The notes beneath the pieces are model-generated. The model worked only from the letters and a program-made list of their open reading frames with translations. It searched no databases and was not told the origin of the DNA. From Promethearchaeota archaeon (GTDB taxonomy: Archaea; Asgardarchaeota; Lokiarchaeia; Sigyniarchaeales; SOKP01): a stretch of 64,000 bases of DNA. Numbering within the stretch: position 1 is the stretch's first letter; each line of letters starts with the position of its first letter. Shown here one piece after another: positions 50,410-60,054 of this stretch. Position numbers and translations under genes: made by a program. The DNA is taken from positions 1 through 64,000 of the forward strand of contig JBHLNZ010000002.1 of assembly GCA_048941015.1 (NCBI GenBank), in the 5' to 3' direction.

Positions 50410-50928
50410 CTATTTTTCTTTAAAAATATCTAATAAGTTCTTCAATGTTAAATCATCTATTACATTTTTTAAAACGGCCTTTCCTATTGGTGTGACTTTA
50501 ATCAATCCTAAATCTTTCAATTCACGTAAATAGTCCTTTTGAATTAGGAAATTGATATCAGAAGCCCATACTTCAGAAAAAATTTCTTTTAAGTCACTAA
50601 TTTTTATGTTTTCATCAATTTCTTTACTTAAAGCTACTATTAAAGCTAAAGTACCATATTGCGAAGGTGTAATGTCATCATCTTTTCCATTAGTGGCTAA
50701 TACATAGAATTTTTGATCTAAAAATTTCGAGGTGACAATTTCAAATCCAATCTTTTTCAAATTCAAGTAAATACTATTAATAATATCTTCGAAGTTAAAA
50801 TTCTTGGATAAATTTCTTAGATCTTCTTCTCTTATCATTTTTTGGGGACTTGTTAATATCAATCTTGTTATTTGCTCAACAGTTTCTTCAAAATTAGTAT
50901 TTTCCATATTTAGCTCATTCATTCTCAT
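50410..50928 (-). CDS. hypothetical protein, probable tandem winged-helix (KITE/ScpB-like?)
   Basis: Two helix-rich repeats ending in beta-hairpins (IGFEIV...KFYVL; YLRE...IKVTPIGK); directly after the SMC-like gene. Confidence 0.5.
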   Translation of the reverse strand: MRMNELNMENTNFEETVEQITRLILTSPQKMIREEDLRNLSKNFNFEDIINSIYLNLKKIGFEIVTSKFLDQKFYVLATNGKDDDITPSQYGTLALIVALSKEIDENIKISDLKEIFSEVWASDINFLIQKDYLRELKDLGLIKVTPIGKAVLKNVIDDLTLKNLLDIFKEK

Positions 50929-52510
50929 TAATTTTTATTATTTTTAAATTCTTAATTTTATCTTTTAGTTCAATATTAGATAAAATAAAGATTAGATTAA
51001 ATTGAGTTAGATTATTTTTAACCTCAAATTGTGGTAATATTTTTTTCATTGTTCTTATTAGAGAGCCTCTTTTATTATAAATAGGGGGAAGAAATAAATT
51101 AGAGAATAAAATGTTTTCACTTCTAATTAATACTTTTATAGAAACATATAAAGTTATAACAAAAAATATTTTTTCTGGAGTTGTTAATTGTTCGAAGTAA
51201 ATTTGTTCCTTATTATTTCTTATAAAAGTCAATAAAATGAAGAAATTCTGTGAATTTTCTTCAATGGTTATCTCAAGATTGACTGATAAATTTATTTCAT
51301 TTAAAAAGGTTTTCAATAAAACTTCTAAATCTTGAATAAGAATTTCAATTTTTCTAAAACTTTCAAGTGAGGTTTTTGTGTTATTTTCATTAAAGCTAAT
51401 TTTTGTTTTACTTAATTCGTTAATTTTCTTTTCTATCTTTTTTAATTCACTTTTTATTGATGATAAATCAAATAGGCATTCAGGATTATACAACTTACTT
51501 AACTTTTCAATCTTTTTTAACTCAATTTCTAATTCTTCAATTTCTTGCACGATAATAGTTGGATTTCTCACTGTTCTTGCTTTCATATCGCTTAAGTCAT
51601 TCATAATTTTAGCCTCGGAAGAATTCATTTCTTTTATAACTTCCTGCTGTAAAATTTTCATTTTTTTTTCATCATTTCGTATTGTTTCTAAGATTTTTTG
51701 GTAATCCGATTCATAAGTTAAAAATTGGGGTTCAATTTTCTGATATTTTTCTTTAGAGTTATCCAATTTTGTTTTAGTTTGATTAATCTGAGATTGAACT
51801 TCCTTTGCCTGTATTTGGAGATTTCTTATTCTTTGAGAATAAGACGTGGCTGAGTTTTTACCTGTTTCACTAGATGAGTCAATTTCCATATCACGAGTAA
51901 TTTTATTAATTTGACTAAAAAGATTTTTTCTTTTCGTAATTAAATTCTGGATCTGTTGATTATATTCATCAATTACTTTTTTTACTTGATCAAATTGATT
52001 ACTTATCTTTATAAAATCTTGTTCCAAGTATTTTGACTTATTTTTATTAAGCTTTATCGAATCATCTAATTTCTTTAATAAATCTTTTGTTGCTGCTAAA
52101 TCACTTAACTTTTGATACTTTCTCGAAAGTTCTAATTCCTCTAGCAAAATTTTCTTTGTTTTACTGAGTGTATTGATTTTAAAAATTAAAATTAATTCTT
52201 GGACAATTTGATGATATTGACTTATTATTTCGAGATTTTTCATACTTGTATTATTAAATTTTTTTAAAAAAGAAAGTAAATTTAAAGAGAGATGAATTTT
52301 TTCAAATTGTTCAGGAAGACTTTGTAATAAATGAATAAAGTCTTCTAAAGGAATTAATTCTATTTTATTTAGAATTTTTAAATATTGTTCATCAAAATCC
52401 TCGAGCAATTGATCTTTTTTGAATTTACCAAGAATTAAAGTATATTTATCTCTAATTTCTATTTCCTTTGATCCAATAGAAAGTATATTTTCATGAAGTT
52501 TAATTTTTAT
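50915..52510 (-). CDS. SMC/Rad50-like coiled-coil protein with degenerate ATPase head; probable ATA/ATT start
   Basis: N-terminal extension IKIKLHENILSIGSKEIEIRDKYTLILGK resembles an SMC N-lobe; long coiled coil; C-terminal EQLTTPEKIFFVITLY in place of LSGGE. Confidence 0.6.
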   Translation of the reverse strand: MKIKLHENILSIGSKEIEIRDKYTLILGKFKKDQLLEDFDEQYLKILNKIELIPLEDFIHLLQSLPEQFEKIHLSLNLLSFLKKFNNTSMKNLEIISQYHQIVQELILIFKINTLSKTKKILLEELELSRKYQKLSDLAATKDLLKKLDDSIKLNKNKSKYLEQDFIKISNQFDQVKKVIDEYNQQIQNLITKRKNLFSQINKITRDMEIDSSSETGKNSATSYSQRIRNLQIQAKEVQSQINQTKTKLDNSKEKYQKIEPQFLTYESDYQKILETIRNDEKKMKILQQEVIKEMNSSEAKIMNDLSDMKARTVRNPTIIVQEIEELEIELKKIEKLSKLYNPECLFDLSSIKSELKKIEKKINELSKTKISFNENNTKTSLESFRKIEILIQDLEVLLKTFLNEINLSVNLEITIEENSQNFFILLTFIRNNKEQIYFEQLTTPEKIFFVITLYVSIKVLIRSENILFSNLFLPPIYNKRGSLIRTMKKILPQFEVKNNLTQFNLIFILSNIELKDKIKNLKIIKINENE

Positions 52511-52525
52511 TTCACTTCTACTTTG

Positions 52526-53560
52526 TTAATCAATTTTATCAAAATGATTTTTAAATTCTTTATACTCCTTTTCCTTTTTCTTTTTTCTTTTTCTAATTAT
52601 TTCTAGTGGATCTGATTCATTATCTTTCATTATTAGATATTTTTCTTGAAAAGATTCGGTGAATTGTGATTTAAATTTTTCAATTTTTTCTGTAACTTCA
52701 TCGCTAAGTTTTATATCTTCTGATTTTTTTGTGGATTTAGGCTTTTTTAGTGTTTGCCTTTTTCCTTTCCGTAATTTCCTTTCAAATTCTTTGTGGGATA
52801 ATTTTAAGTAATCTTCATATAATCCCTTTCTTTCTTCTTGTTCTTTTTTTAATTTTTCAAATTCTTCCATTTCTTTGATCTTTTTTAGAATTTCCTTCTT
52901 ATTTTTAATTTCTTCATGACTTGCTTGATTTTCAAGACTTTTTAAAAATTTCTCAAAAGTTAATTCGGGATTTCTATAAAATTTCTCTTTAAATTGATCC
53001 TTTAGTAAAGGATCGATATTATTTGGTAAATTCCTTAATTGGATTTCAAGTTTCTTTTGAAGAATTTTATTATAAAAAGCATTTAGTTTCATAATGATAC
53101 TAGAAAAAATTGTGTTTTGTTTTAAAGAATCAAATAATTCAACCCATTTAACTAAATCAATTGCTAAGGTATAAGATGTCTTATCCAATATTTTAGATAT
53201 TTTTTTATTTTCTATGAAAAAAAGACCTATTAGGTGAGTATCTCCTTTTTGTAATTTCAAACTTTTTAATTTATCTTTATAGCTCTCCTTATATCTTTTT
53301 ATTAAACTATTTCTAAAATCTAAGAAACTCTTAATATTTTCATTAGTAATTTCAGTGAGATTATTATTAATTTTGTTTAAAGTTTTAAACATATTTTCTA
53401 ATTCAAGTGAATTCTGAGTATCTGGAAAAGTCAGATTTAATTTTGAGTTCTTTAATTTTTCTGATATTTCGTTTAATTGATTGATTTTTCCTTGAAGATC
53501 ATCTATAGATGAGGTTAGTTCTTTAATTTTTTCTAGATTAAATGATTGAGTCTTTTTCAT
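52526..53560 (-). CDS. hypothetical K/E-rich helical protein
   Basis: 344-aa ORF within the operon. Confidence 0.7.
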   Translation of the reverse strand: MKKTQSFNLEKIKELTSSIDDLQGKINQLNEISEKLKNSKLNLTFPDTQNSLELENMFKTLNKINNNLTEITNENIKSFLDFRNSLIKRYKESYKDKLKSLKLQKGDTHLIGLFFIENKKISKILDKTSYTLAIDLVKWVELFDSLKQNTIFSSIIMKLNAFYNKILQKKLEIQLRNLPNNIDPLLKDQFKEKFYRNPELTFEKFLKSLENQASHEEIKNKKEILKKIKEMEEFEKLKKEQEERKGLYEDYLKLSHKEFERKLRKGKRQTLKKPKSTKKSEDIKLSDEVTEKIEKFKSQFTESFQEKYLIMKDNESDPLEIIRKRKKKKEKEYKEFKNHFDKID

Positions 53561-53581
53561 TGTTAAATTGTAATAATATTT

Positions 53582-54700
53582 TTATAATTCTCGTGGTCCT
53601 GATAAACTTTTTCTATTATTAGGCAATGGAATATTTCTTTCAATTCTTTTTCTAGAATCACTTAAAATATCTTGTCTTTCTACGTGAATAGCAGTTCCTC
53701 CAACTAATTTCAGTGAATTATAAAATAGATCGTAAGTTAAACGCTCAGTATTAATAGCTTTTAAGATTGCGACTCTAGTTCCTCTTTCTATATCTGATCC
53801 TGAATATCCGTATGTTAACTCTAATAGTCCTTCCATTTTAAATTTCTTATTAAATTCGTTCCATAATAAATTATTATCAAATTCAGAGACTTTATGCCCT
53901 ATTTTCTTTTCTAATGAACTTCTAATTTCATCAATTTTCTGATGCTCGTTATTTAAGTTATTGAATATTGAATTATCAACTCCAATTTTAGCACTTTTAA
54001 CTTTATTAAGGAATACCTCAATAATTTGTTTTCTTAAATTATAATCAGGAAATTCAAAACTTAAATGAAATGTAAATCTTCTCCAGATTGCTGAATCAAG
54101 TTGATGCTGATGGTTAGTTGCCCCAAAAATAGCCAATGGAACCCCTTCATAATTAATTCTATCAATTACTTGTAGAAAAGAGATGACAGCACGTTTTATT
54201 TCTCCTACCTCATGAATATTTGATCTTTCAGAACCAATAGCATCAATCTCATCGAAAAATAATATAAAAGAGCCTCTTTCTTTTGCTATTTCTGCTGATA
54301 AATCTACAACACGTCTAATTTGTTTGATTGTATCTCCTAACAATGGCGATACAAGGCGATCAGTTTCTACAACACAGATAGGAATATTATATTTCTTAGC
54401 AAAACCTCTTGTTAGTGAGGTTTTTCCTGTACCTGGTGGACCATATAAAAGAACAGTTAAACTTGGGTTAAGTTTTGCTCCTTTTAATTGTTCCATAAAA
54501 TCATCATATTTTTTTAAAGCCGTAAAGAAATCATCAAGAATCTCTTTTTTAACTTCATTACCTAAGATATCATCAACAGTTTCTCTAATTTCATTTGGAA
54601 AATAAACAGCTCCAAATTTCCCCATCCGGTCTTTTATTACGTCATCTGTATAGGTGGTTTTTACTTCAACTTCTTTTTTTGAATTACTAATTTTTCTCAA
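53582..54700 (-). CDS. single-module AAA+ ATPase
   Basis: GPPGTGKT, FFDEID, ATNH...LDSAIWRRF, GYSGSDI. Confidence 0.9.
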   Translation of the reverse strand: MRKISNSKKEVEVKTTYTDDVIKDRMGKFGAVYFPNEIRETVDDILGNEVKKEILDDFFTALKKYDDFMEQLKGAKLNPSLTVLLYGPPGTGKTSLTRGFAKKYNIPICVVETDRLVSPLLGDTIKQIRRVVDLSAEIAKERGSFILFFDEIDAIGSERSNIHEVGEIKRAVISFLQVIDRINYEGVPLAIFGATNHQHQLDSAIWRRFTFHLSFEFPDYNLRKQIIEVFLNKVKSAKIGVDNSIFNNLNNEHQKIDEIRSSLEKKIGHKVSEFDNNLLWNEFNKKFKMEGLLELTYGYSGSDIERGTRVAILKAINTERLTYDLFYNSLKLVGGTAIHVERQDILSDSRKRIERNIPLPNNRKSLSGPREL

Positions 54701-54715
54701 CTCTTTTTTAGTGAT

Positions 54716-56023
54716 TTATTTATTTTTCCTTTCTTTATCAAATTTTTCACAAAATTCTGCTATCTCAATAATAAAATCCTTAAGGTTATCAATTTGTGAA
54801 CCTATAAAATTAAAAATTTCTTTTCTATACTGAGGCGAATCTCTTATTTTCATTTTATTTAATCCTAAATAATTTGGGAAACAAATAAGCTTCATTAAAT
54901 AAGGGAGGATTTTCTCGTTTGTTTGTAAATCTTTGAAAATAGAATAAAAAATATTTTCATCAGATAATTTCCACTTTAAAATTCCCATATAAATTAAAAA
55001 AGAGAAATTCATTGAAATCCAATTGATTAATTCTTTTGATAAAAAACCTCTTCTCTGAGCAGCAAATGCTAAATAATATAAGATCAAAGTTTCATTACTA
55101 AATTGAGGTAATAATCTTATAGTTCCATCTGATTGTTTACTCTCACGTAAAAAGTTGGATTTCAGAAGCAAATCTACGAAATCTTCTTTAGGTGCTAAGA
55201 AAATATTGTCAATAACTCGTAAACCTATTCTTTCAGAAAGAGACGTAATTGCTTCTTCTTCTGCGTTAGCAATAGAATCAATAAAAGGTGCAAAGACTTC
55301 ATTTTTTAATATCATGGGGATTTCATAGTTCTCTTTTTCAGGAAAATCTCCAAAGTTAGGATCTAAATTGAATAAAGATGTAATATTATTTATTACTTGA
55401 TAAACTTTGGGCGTCATTCCGGGAATTTCAAAGAAGTCAGAACTTTCAATTTTTTCTCGGTAATAAGTATGAGGTTGTAAAATATGTCTTTGACATTCGT
55501 AAAAATTTGTTGAATAGCTTAATAATTTTTGATAAACTAAGTTTAGATTTTGTGCTCGTGGAAACAATTTATCTTCAATATATTTAACTAAAATATATAA
55601 ATATGTGTTCTTTAAATCTGTTTCATCAGGATTAGTTATTCTACGTAATATATTTAAAGCTTCGACTGATTCAAAGAGAAAGTCAATAATGTAATCTTTT
55701 ATATCTATTATTGGGATTTCTTCACGATATTTAACAATAAAATCCTTAATAATCTCGTACACGTTAGATCTATACATCGCAGAAAATTCAGATAAAGCTC
55801 TAACCTTTCTAATATTCCTTTTTTCTTCTTCTTGGCGTATTTTATCTAATACTTCAGTGTCAAGGAGAAGATCAGCATCTAAATCACTTATAATTCTTCT
55901 TGTTTCTCTAAGTATAGGTCGCATATGGCTTATAAAAGTAAGATATCTCGGAAGTATATCAGTCCATTTCTCTCTTTTTCTGCTTGGTTTTACTGTTCTC
56001 GAAGATTTTTTCTTATAACTCAT
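54716..56023 (-). CDS. hypothetical protein
   Basis: 435-aa ORF with SD-like AAGGTGA upstream. Confidence 0.75.
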   Translation of the reverse strand: MSYKKKSSRTVKPSRKREKWTDILPRYLTFISHMRPILRETRRIISDLDADLLLDTEVLDKIRQEEEKRNIRKVRALSEFSAMYRSNVYEIIKDFIVKYREEIPIIDIKDYIIDFLFESVEALNILRRITNPDETDLKNTYLYILVKYIEDKLFPRAQNLNLVYQKLLSYSTNFYECQRHILQPHTYYREKIESSDFFEIPGMTPKVYQVINNITSLFNLDPNFGDFPEKENYEIPMILKNEVFAPFIDSIANAEEEAITSLSERIGLRVIDNIFLAPKEDFVDLLLKSNFLRESKQSDGTIRLLPQFSNETLILYYLAFAAQRRGFLSKELINWISMNFSFLIYMGILKWKLSDENIFYSIFKDLQTNEKILPYLMKLICFPNYLGLNKMKIRDSPQYRKEIFNFIGSQIDNLKDFIIEIAEFCEKFDKERKNK

Positions 56024-56048
56024 TAAATTATCACCTTTTTAAAACTTA

Positions 56049-57185
56049 TTATTCTTCATAACCAACTAAAACTTCAGCAAAAATATTTGCAATTTCAATA
56101 AAAATTGGGATTTCTACTCTGCAGAGATTTCCTAGAATCCACTTGTTGACATCTTTTAATAAAAAGCGGATTTGATTATGTATTTTTTTATTAACTTCTG
56201 AATCAATTATTTTTGTTAACCATAATCCCCCTCCTAGTCTATATGCAATTATTTTAATTAATGGTTCAAATAGTGGTTCTAATACTTCTCTCATCATCCA
56301 AGATTTAGGGATTATACTCATTTTTTGTTGATCGAAACTAGGATCATTAAGAATTGGGTTAGTTTCATCGACTGTAACTTTAGGCATAAAACTAAGTAAT
56401 AAAATTAATGCAAATATTGCTGAAATCCCATTAACCGTATAAGTGCCCCCAATTTTTTCAAGATCATCCCGATTGACTGCGATGTTAGATAGAAACATAC
56501 AAATAAAGATATTTCTATCAAATTCTTCAGAAACATATGCATATCCTAATTGTTCATCAATAATAAGATATTTTTCTTCAAGGATTTTTATAATCTCATC
56601 TGGAAATGTATAAAAAGTATAAATTCTTTTCTCACTTTTTCTTACATCCTTTTCAATAATCAATTCCTTAGAAATAAGACCAAACATGTCTATTAAATCT
56701 TCTAATTGTTTTTTTACATAATGCTTAGGTTTATTAGGATCGCCAAACATCGCAAAAAATTGATGGTCTACAATATGAAAGTCGTTCCTTTTACTAAATG
56801 CCTCAACCATTCTATCTATTATTGGCCCTTGGCTACCAGAAGCAATAGCTTTAGCTTTCGAGGTGACAAATCCATTTAATAATTCATTTATAATAAAATC
56901 TTGTTCATGAGTTCTTGATTTTAAGATTTGGGTAAAATTTTTTGCAAAGTCTTTAATTGTAGGAAAGAAGGAATTTTGAATTTTATCATCGATCGATTTT
57001 ACAAAGAGCTCTCCATTATTTTTTGGAAAATGAAGTTTTATATTATTTAGCCTTTGTATTAAAGCTTCTTTAGCTCCAGGTATATTATCTATATCTCTAT
57101 TTTCAATTTGTTCAATTGCTTTATTCAATCCAATTTCAAAATCCTTTAATAATTCTTTCCAGGTTTTGTCGCTAACTTCTGTCAT
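56049..57185 (-). CDS. hypothetical protein
   Basis: 378-aa ORF within the operon. Confidence 0.75.
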   Translation of the reverse strand: MTEVSDKTWKELLKDFEIGLNKAIEQIENRDIDNIPGAKEALIQRLNNIKLHFPKNNGELFVKSIDDKIQNSFFPTIKDFAKNFTQILKSRTHEQDFIINELLNGFVTSKAKAIASGSQGPIIDRMVEAFSKRNDFHIVDHQFFAMFGDPNKPKHYVKKQLEDLIDMFGLISKELIIEKDVRKSEKRIYTFYTFPDEIIKILEEKYLIIDEQLGYAYVSEEFDRNIFICMFLSNIAVNRDDLEKIGGTYTVNGISAIFALILLLSFMPKVTVDETNPILNDPSFDQQKMSIIPKSWMMREVLEPLFEPLIKIIAYRLGGGLWLTKIIDSEVNKKIHNQIRFLLKDVNKWILGNLCRVEIPIFIEIANIFAEVLVGYEE

Positions 57186-57225
57186 AAATTCTCAATCTTC
57201 TTAGCCTATAATAATTAATATCCTA

Positions 57226-58179
57226 TCAATTTAATTCTAACTTTACTTTATTTAATGCGTTTATTAACGGTTTTAGAATTTTTTTATCATAGATATTTGG
57301 AGAAGATACTCCCTTTTGGGCTTTCCATCCCATTTGTGTACCCTCACCCATCTCTCTTTGACCATATTTCAGTATTTTACTGAGATCTCGAATCCACCAA
57401 TAAAACCTTAACCATCTTTTATTAGGATTATCTTTTGAATATATAACTACGACCGCTTTCCACTCTCCCATTAACCATTTAATTGTAATCCCACTTACAG
57501 GCAAGTAATAATTGATTGGAAAGTTACTATGAAAACGTAAATCAAGATCTTCGGCAGAGATATTAAATATTGGTTGATTATATCCTTCTAAAATAACTAT
57601 CTCTCCACAATGAGGACACTCATAGTGTGATTTCATCTTATCCATCTTTTTTTGACATTTTGGGCAAGTTTTATTCTCTATTATTCTATATTTAAAAAGA
57701 TCTATATTTTTTTCTTTTTCTTGTTCCTCTTTAGTTTTTGCTTGCTGCTTTCCATACTTTCCCTTCCAATTCCAAATTTCATCAAAAGAGATCTCAATTT
57801 GTTCCAATGCTCTTATTAAATTTTCAAGAACGTGCTTATCATATATTTTAAGCATTCCAGCATGTTGATAACTTTTCCACCAAGAAAGTCTTACATATTT
57901 TTCATCTTTTAAGAAGGGGCTATGGCATATTAAAACAGCTAATAAACGATTTTCTGTTTTGCTTATTGTAATCCCTTTCTCACATACTTCATATTCTTTA
58001 TTGAGGCTGACGTTATTATGAAAATATTCTCCATCTTGAAAATCCCCTTCTTCAACTTCATCCTTTTCTTTTCTTTTTGAAATTTCATCTTTTTCTTTAA
58101 TAATTTTTCTACATTGAGGACATTGAAAAATACCTGCTACTAATGGTTCCATATCAATATTACATAAAGGACATTTCAC
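57226..58179 (-). CDS. protein with two copies of (zinc ribbon plus PC4-like domain)
   Basis: CPLC/CPQC and CPKC/CPHC; repeated GITI...R..WW...IYDK..L..LI.AL. Confidence 0.65.
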   Translation of the reverse strand: MKCPLCNIDMEPLVAGIFQCPQCRKIIKEKDEISKRKEKDEVEEGDFQDGEYFHNNVSLNKEYEVCEKGITISKTENRLLAVLICHSPFLKDEKYVRLSWWKSYQHAGMLKIYDKHVLENLIRALEQIEISFDEIWNWKGKYGKQQAKTKEEQEKEKNIDLFKYRIIENKTCPKCQKKMDKMKSHYECPHCGEIVILEGYNQPIFNISAEDLDLRFHSNFPINYYLPVSGITIKWLMGEWKAVVVIYSKDNPNKRWLRFYWWIRDLSKILKYGQREMGEGTQMGWKAQKGVSSPNIYDKKILKPLINALNKVKLELN

Positions 58180-59261
58180 TCTGAATCATCACTACTGGTA
58201 ATAAGTAATCTTTCATAATCGAGATTTAAAAGTTTTAATTCTTTTCTATTAAATTTCGAAATTTTTTCATTTAATTCTATAACATTACTCCTTAATTCAA
58301 TAAGAGAGTCTTGAATATTATTTATGATGTTGTCTTCATTAAATGAGACTTTTTCAATAAATTTAAGATAATTATATTTTTTTTCTTTTCCAGAATAAAA
58401 TCTTTTGATACCTAATAATTTAGTTTCAATATTCTCTGATTTAAATCTAAAATCTAAAAGTGATAATAATTTTGAATACCAATGCTTAAAGATTTTATTA
58501 TTCTTATCAATTTTTTCAAAATTAAATTTCTCTGGAAGCTCTACTTTTTCATCCTTTAGAGATTTAATAATATCTTTTTGTTCCTTTATTGCTCTAATTA
58601 TTTTTTTTATAATGGGCAGATTATTTAATATTGGATCAAAAATTTCAATAAACTTAGCAATCTTGTCTTGAATTTCCTTAAATCTTTGATAAAATCCTTC
58701 AATAGTAATTTCAATTTTTATCGTTTGATAAACATTACCAAATTGATCAAGGATGATGTAAAGATCATCTGATAAAGTATAATCATGTTCTCCAATTTCA
58801 GAAATAAGATGATGTATTACATTAGATCTTTCACATCTAACATCTTTTAGCTTTGGTAACGCTAAATTGAAATTTCTGCGTGTTAAATTTTTAAATTTTT
58901 TGTTAATTATTAAAAATAAGGTATCAGCAGGTACAGAAATTATGTCATTTTCAATGGTGATCGTTTCTTCTCCTAATTTAACAATAAAATCTTCATCTTT
59001 TTGCTCAAATTCTCTAACACTTCTAATATTTTTGAATAAACCCAAATCAATTGTGATTTCAATAAATTCTTGATTCCAAAAGTTCAAAATATTAGTTTTA
59101 TATATTTCATCTAATTCTAAAATCTTCTCGTAGGCTTCTATTATTTTTTTATTAGTTAAATTTTTGAATAAGTCGTTTCTTATAACATATAAAAATAAAA
59201 CGATATATCTCATATCAATATCATCGAGAATTTTCTCGATTAAGTCTTTATCATATTCCAT
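58176..59261 (-). CDS. hypothetical protein, first gene of the operon
   Basis: Long ORF; probable start ATG 59261 (MEYDKDL); stop overlaps the next start (GTGA). Confidence 0.7.
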   Translation of the reverse strand: MEYDKDLIEKILDDIDMRYIVLFLYVIRNDLFKNLTNKKIIEAYEKILELDEIYKTNILNFWNQEFIEITIDLGLFKNIRSVREFEQKDEDFIVKLGEETITIENDIISVPADTLFLIINKKFKNLTRRNFNLALPKLKDVRCERSNVIHHLISEIGEHDYTLSDDLYIILDQFGNVYQTIKIEITIEGFYQRFKEIQDKIAKFIEIFDPILNNLPIIKKIIRAIKEQKDIIKSLKDEKVELPEKFNFEKIDKNNKIFKHWYSKLLSLLDFRFKSENIETKLLGIKRFYSGKEKKYNYLKFIEKVSFNEDNIINNIQDSLIELRSNVIELNEKISKFNRKELKLLNLDYERLLITSSDDSE

Positions 59262-59472
59262 TACTAAATTCTTATGTTCCAAACCTAAAATCAACTTGTT
59301 AAGTAATAATTGATTCAGCTAAAAAGAGTAATTAAAGAAATTAAGCATTCCTAAAAAATCTTTCGATTTCCTTGAATCTACAACAGAAAAAAGCGAAAAT
59401 TTTTTAGATTTGATTTCCTTTTACTTCTTGAATTAGAAATTTAAATTATCTATTTTAAAAAGTTGAATATCA

Positions 59473-60054
59473 ATGGGAAGAAGAAAAAGAAAACAGCAGA
59501 CTTATAAACGCGTAAAAAAAGTTCCTAAGATTTTCACTTGCCCAAACTGTGGGGAAAAGTCAGTAAAAGTGGAAAATATAAGGAAATCAGCAATTGCTAC
59601 TGTTAAATGTGGGCATTGCGGTTTAACTAAAGATGTATTGGTTAACTCTATTTCAGAACCAGTGGATGCTTTCGGTGATTTTATTGATATCTATTATGCT
59701 GATCAAGAAATTCAGAGACTAGAAAGACGTATTGCTAAATTAAAAAAGGATAACCAATGGGGGGAGCTTGCTCTTTCCTATTCAATTTTAGCAGATTTAT
59801 GTAAAGCAAAAGCTGCTGAGTTATTAGAAGATTCTGAAAATGTTGATGAAGATGAAGTATTAAGATGGAGATCAAAAGCTGAACAGTATAAGAAGCTAGA
59901 AAAGGAAGCATTACTACAACTAGAAACTCTTGAATTAGAAAAAGGTATTAAAACTGATGAAGAGTCATTATTTTCTGAACATGATGAAAGTGATATAAAA
60001 AAAGAACGAAAAATAAATGATATCTTTGATGATCCAGGATTTTTAGAATGGTAA
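59473..60054 (+). CDS. elf1: transcription elongation factor Elf1 with long C-terminal extension
   Basis: MGRRKRK...KIFTCPNC...CGHC...EPVDAF..FID. Confidence 0.85.
   Translation: MGRRKRKQQTYKRVKKVPKIFTCPNCGEKSVKVENIRKSAIATVKCGHCGLTKDVLVNSISEPVDAFGDFIDIYYADQEIQRLERRIAKLKKDNQWGELALSYSILADLCKAKAAELLEDSENVDEDEVLRWRSKAEQYKKLEKEALLQLETLELEKGIKTDEESLFSEHDESDIKKERKINDIFDDPGFLEW

Noticed and set aside
52505-52530. Stop-codon readthrough fusing 52526-53560 with the SMC-like gene (same frame, single TAA)
   Set aside because: TAA is not a Sec/Pyl codon, and an SD-like motif plus an SMC-like N-terminus right after the stop favour independent initiation. Not fully excluded.
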